Below are positions 59,701 through 64,000 of a DNA stretch of 64,000 bases, piece by piece; within the stretch, counting starts at the first letter, position 1, and the number at the start of each line of letters is the position of its first letter. The stretch is from IMG/VR virus record IMGVR_UViG_3300045988_099661, positions 1,698 to 65,697 of that record; one strand, written 5' to 3'. This stretch comes from a virus. Below the pieces are notes generated by a model. The model saw only the letters and a program-made list of their open reading frames with translations, had not been told where the DNA came from and did no database searches. The position numbers were made by a program, and so were the translations under genes.

Positions 59701-62700
59701 TTTCTATATACGGATTTTTTTCATAATCCTTGACACCTTGCAGCATATCGTTTATACTGATGCTATCGAACCCCTCACGGTCTGCCCGATAAGGAGCAAC
59801 TTTTGCTCCGTTGGCAGAGTGGGGGGTTCTTTCTATTACTACGTCGTAAAGATTGACGTTAGTAGGGTCTAGAGTAATATCTCCGTTTTGTTCCTCGGCC
59901 ACCAATCTTACAGTGTAAATTTTCCCATTAACCCTAACAGGGACATAGAACCGATGATAAGCTCTTACTTTGGGCTTGTCATCGGTTTTTCTATTCGGGA
60001 CGCTTTCGATAAGAACAGAATTTTTAATAAGGTCGCCAATATTAGCGATGCTATTATCACGCACCTTGTATTCTCTTGGGCGCATGTTTTTGTCACTAGA
60101 GTATGTAAGGTGATTTACATCTTTCGGCAATATTGACATAACAGCCTTCTTGTCAGCTGTATTGAAAGAATCATCTTGTTCAATCAATTGTTTGATGTAT
60201 GGTTTTAACTCTTTAGCATTGCGAATATCCTTAGGCAGCAAATTATCTATGCTAACCACATTGACCATTTTATTTAAATCCACATCTTTATTAAGCGCAA
60301 GGGCTTTAATTTCGCCAACACCCATTGCTTCTTCTCCTGTTCGGTTGAACATCTTGCCGCTTCTCGTCGCAAGGTAAATGCCGTGCGGAGTGTGCAAGCC
60401 GATTTTATCCAACATCTGCGCCAGCAGTTTTTGTACCTTCCAAAGAATTTTCTTGGCGATATTATTGATTGTCAGCGGAGCTTTTGCAGTTTCTTTGTCA
60501 TACTTGACGAAAGCTGCATACTGGTCAGCGATAAGCTCCTCGCAACGGTCATTGAGTGTCTGTTCAGAGAGCTTATTGAACGCCTCTTCGCCCATCTCTC
60601 GCTTCAAGCGCCACTTATAATAACGCATGAGGTCTTCACGTTCTTTGCTTGTCAACAGTACATTGAAAACAAAGTGCATGGTTTCATGGTCGAGAGTGCC
60701 ATCCTTGACCGCCTCAGTCAAACGAATCATATCCACGATGCCGCCGTTACGCAGCTCTCTGTTATAAAAGCCTTGAATCTCGAAGCCGGAGCCTTTGATG
60801 TTAGCAGCATTCAACATGCGTCGTTTTTGCTCATCGCTCATCTTCGCCAGCACCGCTGCCTGCGAAGTGTTAGTGTCAAGCCAAAGGTTTCTGCCGTTCC
60901 ACAAAGTCGCCACATACACACCGTCAGCCACTTCTATAACTTCCTTAGCATGTACTGCTTCCTCAAAAGCCTTTTTAAATCTACCCTTGTTCTGCGGAGT
61001 AAGAATCTCTTTGCGCTTCGCCGCATCTTCTGCGGCTGCGGCGTTTTCTTTCGCTGCTCTTTCATCAGCCTTTTCCTGTTCGTTTAATCTCTCGGCGGCT
61101 GCCTTAAAGCGAATGTCGCCAGAAGCGTTTGCTGCATTGCTAAACTCAATCAGTGCTTCTTTTCTCGACAGGCTATCTTTAGCTTTGCCCCCGGTGCTTT
61201 CCTCGTCGGTAGCATAGTTCACTGTTCTTACGCCTTCTGTTCCGCTGAGGACGACCTGCATGAAGCCGCTTTGAAAAGCAATGTCCAATGCGCGAGCGTC
61301 AGTACCGAGCGCGATGTTTTCTGCTGTCTTGGAGCGAGTGGCAATCTTGTCATAGAAAGCTGTTTGCTCCATAATGGAATTGGTTGCAAGGTATCTGAAC
61401 ATAGCGTTCGACTTGCTGCCATAGCGATAAATGCGTCCCTCAATCTGGATAGCGGCAGTAGGTCTTACGGGCATACCTAAATTAATCAGCACGCGAGGAT
61501 GTACGCCAGTTGTGTCGTGTAAAGAGATGCCTTCCTGCCCCGCAGAAGATGTTACCATGATTAAGTCAACGCCGCTGTTGTCATCGTTAAATTCTTTGAC
61601 AGCACGTGCTCTATCGGCTTTCTTCTCTTGTCCGTTGATATAACGAGCCTTGTCGCCAAAAGCGTTCCTGATAATTGTCACAGGGTTAGACTCTTGAGAA
61701 ATTTCAAACTCCACAAGCTCCGGATGCTCCTTTTGGAACAACTCGTAAGCCTGCTTTTGCTCAGTAGTCAGTTCTTTAAGTACGCTTTTAGACAATACAA
61801 ACGGTTTGGTATTCGCGCTGCTGATTCTGTCGTGGAACAATACAACCTTTTTGCCGCGAGAGATATAAGATTTAATCATATCCACGGCAGCTTTAGCTTT
61901 GATGGATTCCAGCACATAAGACTGCGCATTGGAGTCGAAGCTTTTTCTGAACATATCGCCTAAGTTTACGTTGACACGCATTCCATCAATCACTATGTTG
62001 CCGTACGTTCTATCAATCATATCGTAACCATCCTCAATCTTTTTGATGGTTCCGTCATCATCGACTTTAATAAACTGACGGTTATAGTCTTTGTCGATTT
62101 CCAGACGGCGGCTAATCATCGCTCCGCTATTGACCAACATGTCATGGAATTTGATTTCGTTGATAGAGTTATCCGCAATCAATCCGTTGGTATCTCGGCG
62201 AGGTTTAATTTTACCCGTAGAAGTCACGATAAAGCCAAACACTCTCGTCAAGAAACCGCCTGCGCTGCCGCCGTATTTGGAGTCGGCGTAGTCGAACAGC
62301 AAGCCTTCTCCATAGAATGCGTTCTGCGGATAAGCAAAAGGCGTTGCAGATAAAAGCAATACCTTGGAGTCACGGCTTTCCATAAGCTTATCGTACTTAG
62401 GCTTCTCTTTCTTTCTTGCCTCAAAAATCTTGGCAGTAAGTGCTTTGTTCTCAGCAGTAAGCCTAGCAAGTTTCTCTTTCTGTTTCTTGAGCTGCGGAAC
62501 AGATTCAATAACCGCCGGAGGTGTGTCGTCTAAAACGTTTTCGAGCTTCTTGATTTCTTCGTCGTTGGCTTTACGTTTCGTAAAAAGGTCTTGGTACTTT
62601 ATGCGGATATAGCCGTCAAAACCATCTGCTTTATGTCCGAACAAGCCACGCAAAGCCAACGCCGCAATGCCTTTATCCTCAAGTGTACCAATGTCGCTAC

Positions 62701-63946
62701 GTCCCGAGCCGCTAATGATATGGTGCGCTTCGTCGCAAAGAATCAAATCCCAATTTTTACCTTGGATTTCTTTGTTGCTTGTCAGAGCAGCATAGGTGAT
62801 GATATTGGGCACGGCTTTAACGGGTTTGCCGTTAGTAATACGTGCCATATTGTCGATTTGCAAAAGACTGCTGCCAGTCTTTGCCCAAGCGTTACCAATC
62901 TCTGCGCTTGGCACGACGATAAGAATATTCTTTTTCCCTTGCAGCAAAAAACGCTTGATAGCTCCTAAGCCAACAAGCGTTTTACCAGTACCTGTACCAT
63001 TTGCCACAAGGATGCCTACTTTATTTTTACCGAAAAAGCGGTCTTCTACCGCCAGCACATCCTGCTGCTGTTCGGGCAATAAAACAGGTAGCGTCTCGGC
63101 GATATTCGCCTTATCCGCTACCTTGATTGGTACTCCATCTTTAATTTCTCTTTGCTTTGCTAATCGTTCGTTAGCTTCATCAGCGGTGTTTTTGCTCTCA
63201 TTCGGCGAAGATACAGCGTTAGAAGCCCCTTCTCCACGTTTGTCAGATACGGATTGTCCGCTTCCATCAGCGCCACTGCTTCTTCCACCGTCAAGATTTC
63301 TGGCGCCGCGTTCCGCAGAATCGGAAACTTCTGAGCTGCCTTGCTGATTGCCTCGTGTTCCGCCAGCAACGGGCCTACTTCCGTGAACATCCTCGCTGCC
63401 GTCTCCGCTTGGCTCTCTACGCCCCTGCTCACGAACGCCTGCGCTTGCTTCTGAATTTTCGCCTTGGCTCTGTACCTTGCTTCCGCCGACGGCAGAGACA
63501 GGCTCTCCTTCCACGCCGTTTTCAGCCCTGCGTCCACTATTGCTTTCAGTAGCGGTTCCGGTAGTTCGTATAGGCTCATTGTTTCCACCTCCGTTAATCT
63601 CTTTTAGTAATTCTATCACGTTAGCATCGTTTTGTCTAGGGTAATACTTGAGACCTGCAAACGCAGCGTCAATGTAGTCTTTAATTCCTTCCAACAACGC
63701 AGGCTGGCGTTGTTGAAGCATCTTTTTGAAAGCAGAAGGAGTAATATTTTTGTCTACCGCCGCGCCTGCATAGAATAATGCCTGCCTACGTTTATCGGCC
63801 TCTGCTCCCTTGGACTCCAATTTTACATTATCGGGCAATTTCAATAAGAAAGTATGAGCAGCTCTGAGCATTTCTTGCGCAAAGCGCAGCATACGAGAGC
63901 CGGATTCACTGGCTCTCGCTGCTGCGCTTTCTAATAATTGTTTCAT
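56756..63946 (-). CDS. Giant polyvalent virion-type protein: disordered G/S/E-rich region, SF2 (SNF2/DEAH-type) helicase, HExxH segment and a large alpha-helical C-terminal region. >=2396 aa; 5' boundary unresolved.
   Basis: Helicase motif I is LVANGTGTGKT (about 62975-63003) and motif II is LILCDEAHH (about 62722-62736). Motifs V/VI are SSAGQEGISLHD and QIEGRIYRYGS (about 61418-61450). HETMH lies at aa 1087-1091 (60674-60688). The same frame has no stop from 63947 to 64000 and the SD before the ATG at 63946 is poor, so the ORF may start beyond the window. Confidence 0.8.
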   Translation of the reverse strand: MKQLLESAAARASESGSRMLRFAQEMLRAAHTFLLKLPDNVKLESKGAEADKRRQALFYAGAAVDKNITPSAFKKMLQQRQPALLEGIKDYIDAAFAGLKYYPRQNDANVIELLKEINGGGNNEPIRTTGTATESNSGRRAENGVEGEPVSAVGGSKVQSQGENSEASAGVREQGRREPSGDGSEDVHGSRPVAGGTRGNQQGSSEVSDSAERGARNLDGGRSSGADGSGQSVSDKRGEGASNAVSSPNESKNTADEANERLAKQREIKDGVPIKVADKANIAETLPVLLPEQQQDVLAVEDRFFGKNKVGILVANGTGTGKTLVGLGAIKRFLLQGKKNILIVVPSAEIGNAWAKTGSSLLQIDNMARITNGKPVKAVPNIITYAALTSNKEIQGKNWDLILCDEAHHIISGSGRSDIGTLEDKGIAALALRGLFGHKADGFDGYIRIKYQDLFTKRKANDEEIKKLENVLDDTPPAVIESVPQLKKQKEKLARLTAENKALTAKIFEARKKEKPKYDKLMESRDSKVLLLSATPFAYPQNAFYGEGLLFDYADSKYGGSAGGFLTRVFGFIVTSTGKIKPRRDTNGLIADNSINEIKFHDMLVNSGAMISRRLEIDKDYNRQFIKVDDDGTIKKIEDGYDMIDRTYGNIVIDGMRVNVNLGDMFRKSFDSNAQSYVLESIKAKAAVDMIKSYISRGKKVVLFHDRISSANTKPFVLSKSVLKELTTEQKQAYELFQKEHPELVEFEISQESNPVTIIRNAFGDKARYINGQEKKADRARAVKEFNDDNSGVDLIMVTSSAGQEGISLHDTTGVHPRVLINLGMPVRPTAAIQIEGRIYRYGSKSNAMFRYLATNSIMEQTAFYDKIATRSKTAENIALGTDARALDIAFQSGFMQVVLSGTEGVRTVNYATDEESTGGKAKDSLSRKEALIEFSNAANASGDIRFKAAAERLNEQEKADERAAKENAAAAEDAAKRKEILTPQNKGRFKKAFEEAVHAKEVIEVADGVYVATLWNGRNLWLDTNTSQAAVLAKMSDEQKRRMLNAANIKGSGFEIQGFYNRELRNGGIVDMIRLTEAVKDGTLDHETMHFVFNVLLTSKEREDLMRYYKWRLKREMGEEAFNKLSEQTLNDRCEELIADQYAAFVKYDKETAKAPLTINNIAKKILWKVQKLLAQMLDKIGLHTPHGIYLATRSGKMFNRTGEEAMGVGEIKALALNKDVDLNKMVNVVSIDNLLPKDIRNAKELKPYIKQLIEQDDSFNTADKKAVMSILPKDVNHLTYSSDKNMRPREYKVRDNSIANIGDLIKNSVLIESVPNRKTDDKPKVRAYHRFYVPVRVNGKIYTVRLVAEEQNGDITLDPTNVNLYDVVIERTPHSANGAKVAPYRADREGFDSISINDMLQGVKDYEKNPYIETDDSYSPEEQPNGEMHFKLTPVDEVNGKALPDDLKAVLEEANKFADKAGAEAGEITVKHKTMAQAAKDKAAGIADMLVRSPSRLAEKNPVFNSFYKIYSKAQETQEKLRARWRKQFQTSITELKSAEDMNNFVELMMTGEMEQKEYTLQQLKDAGYNKNVRNAYSRTRQLIRNVWEAVNDAHRGLEHIHETVSGNELKKLAKEPFLENIQVAVKWQANGEEFTKWKLLKEVNVASGGEYEVRYDKPKVYTSAAKEQLTAEQLKELQNSPYAQVTNIVQKHIGGEDGATYFEAKVKRTVPPIGKITGYLPHLYEQWMVLARTEEGLVPVGSGKTLKEAYKVAEMLQKNGGDKIDFQIAPKLFDANNVLGGGEDAKGGKGSLVVSDAEYIRLQRALVDNAKMSVPEARKVLEGAVSRTARNRFFGNLAHRKGRVGYNSDVITTIDRYLLSSSRYCALQPAKSKATKLFERTFGRFDKEYGGKEAMANIIKRYMRYNNGTPNYLEQVINTTLAKNDWIVKHVNAEYGDRLGVALASRINGFLSKNLLGCLNISSALVGVTQLVNTYGLIGSYTGTGMQAAKRMNMTDRKILAEAGVPYNIGLDTPSGFSKRRNAIEGRKESSFQQIKDYVNAAGEKGMFLFKKADEITRKVTTLGAYYQAIDEGMTHKQAIAYAKKINREANFDYGAADAPGVNQMISGTVFGDLALLFQKYPMKEWELMRSLIPYFGKGTKAQKARFWATYFLMAGFAGLPGGDWLDELLEKWLGYKPSTVLKEELFKHMGDTPVTRTIIYGIFSNLGIDISRRVGMGGMFPDSDSLLGYALGPAGSVAWNGINSAASGDYIKATKALNPALGNIAEAVRGYSTNSKGQVSYKYKGTERYLKSMGFRPVGQSVEADMTSALYTDKQRSKDARQKLLMEAARKRADGIKLTDEELTKLRKAGVTGSQLRKAVKDMQMSTSERMKQTLNKKQKKEFAGNPLLDDD

Positions 63947-64000
63947 TCGTCCTGCCCAGGCTCTAAACAGCTCTTTCCCTCTGCCGATTTGGTCAAGAAC

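Overview
The window is essentially one temperate dsDNA phage genome with Firmicutes-style GGAGG/AAAGGTGG ribosome-binding sites. It is in the attP arrangement (non-integrated or circularly permuted), because phage genes lie on both sides of the integrase/att locus at 52.4-53.7 kb.

Minus strand, read from high to low coordinates:
- A giant >=2396-aa SNF2-type helicase + HExxH 'polyvalent' virion-type protein (63946-56756). Its frame is still open at the window edge.
- A strong terminator.
- A lysis cassette: membrane proteins, a holin-like protein, an Amidase_2 endolysin, a coiled-coil membrane protein, a sigma-region-4-like HTH and one unknown.
- attP, which is the 3' 46 nt of a tRNA-Thr(CGU), with flanking arm-type repeats, then a tyrosine integrase (+).
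- A CI-like/Cro-like switch, a second divergent XRE switch and an antirepressor.
- A long early region: YqaJ exonuclease, RecT, two replisome-organiser paralogues, a G39P-like protein, many tiny zinc-ribbon proteins, a pentapeptide-repeat protein, MazG-like, PD-(D/E)XK, RusA, SSB and a RinA/ArpU-like late activator.
- A roughly 7-kb plus-strand accessory island (25.1-32.0 kb). It is built from gene cassettes separated by a conserved stem-loop + leader element and contains an amidoligase/GATase-II pair.
- A 1.28-kb ORF-free, repeat-rich region.
- The late operon: terS, terL, portal, scaffold, major capsid, two tRNA-Thr genes, neck proteins, an FN3 tail protein, an embedded PLP-dependent Cys/Met-family enzyme, a collagen-like fibre, and more tail/internal proteins including a Hint-domain protein.
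- A >=1077-aa lytic-transglycosylase protein (3231-1). It is missing from the supplied ORF track because it has no stop codon inside the window.

No tape-measure, tube or sheath gene is recognisable and the head-gene order is T7-like, so I infer a podovirus-like virion.

The observations most worth follow-up:
- The amidoligase (with a five-unit zinc-ribbon array) plus Cys-nucleophile GATase-II module.
- The repeat-delimited cassette architecture of its island, including a perfect 92-bp direct repeat bracketing one gene.
- The ORF-free structured region upstream of terS.
- The giant polyvalent protein(s) open at both window ends.
- The PLP enzyme inside the tail-fibre module.
- A six-member ...CxxCGRK(I/L) zinc-ribbon paralogue family.
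- The coincidence of phage-encoded tRNA-Thr(CGU) with an attP that mimics a tRNA-Thr(CGU).

All functional calls come from motif recognition by eye. No database search was run.
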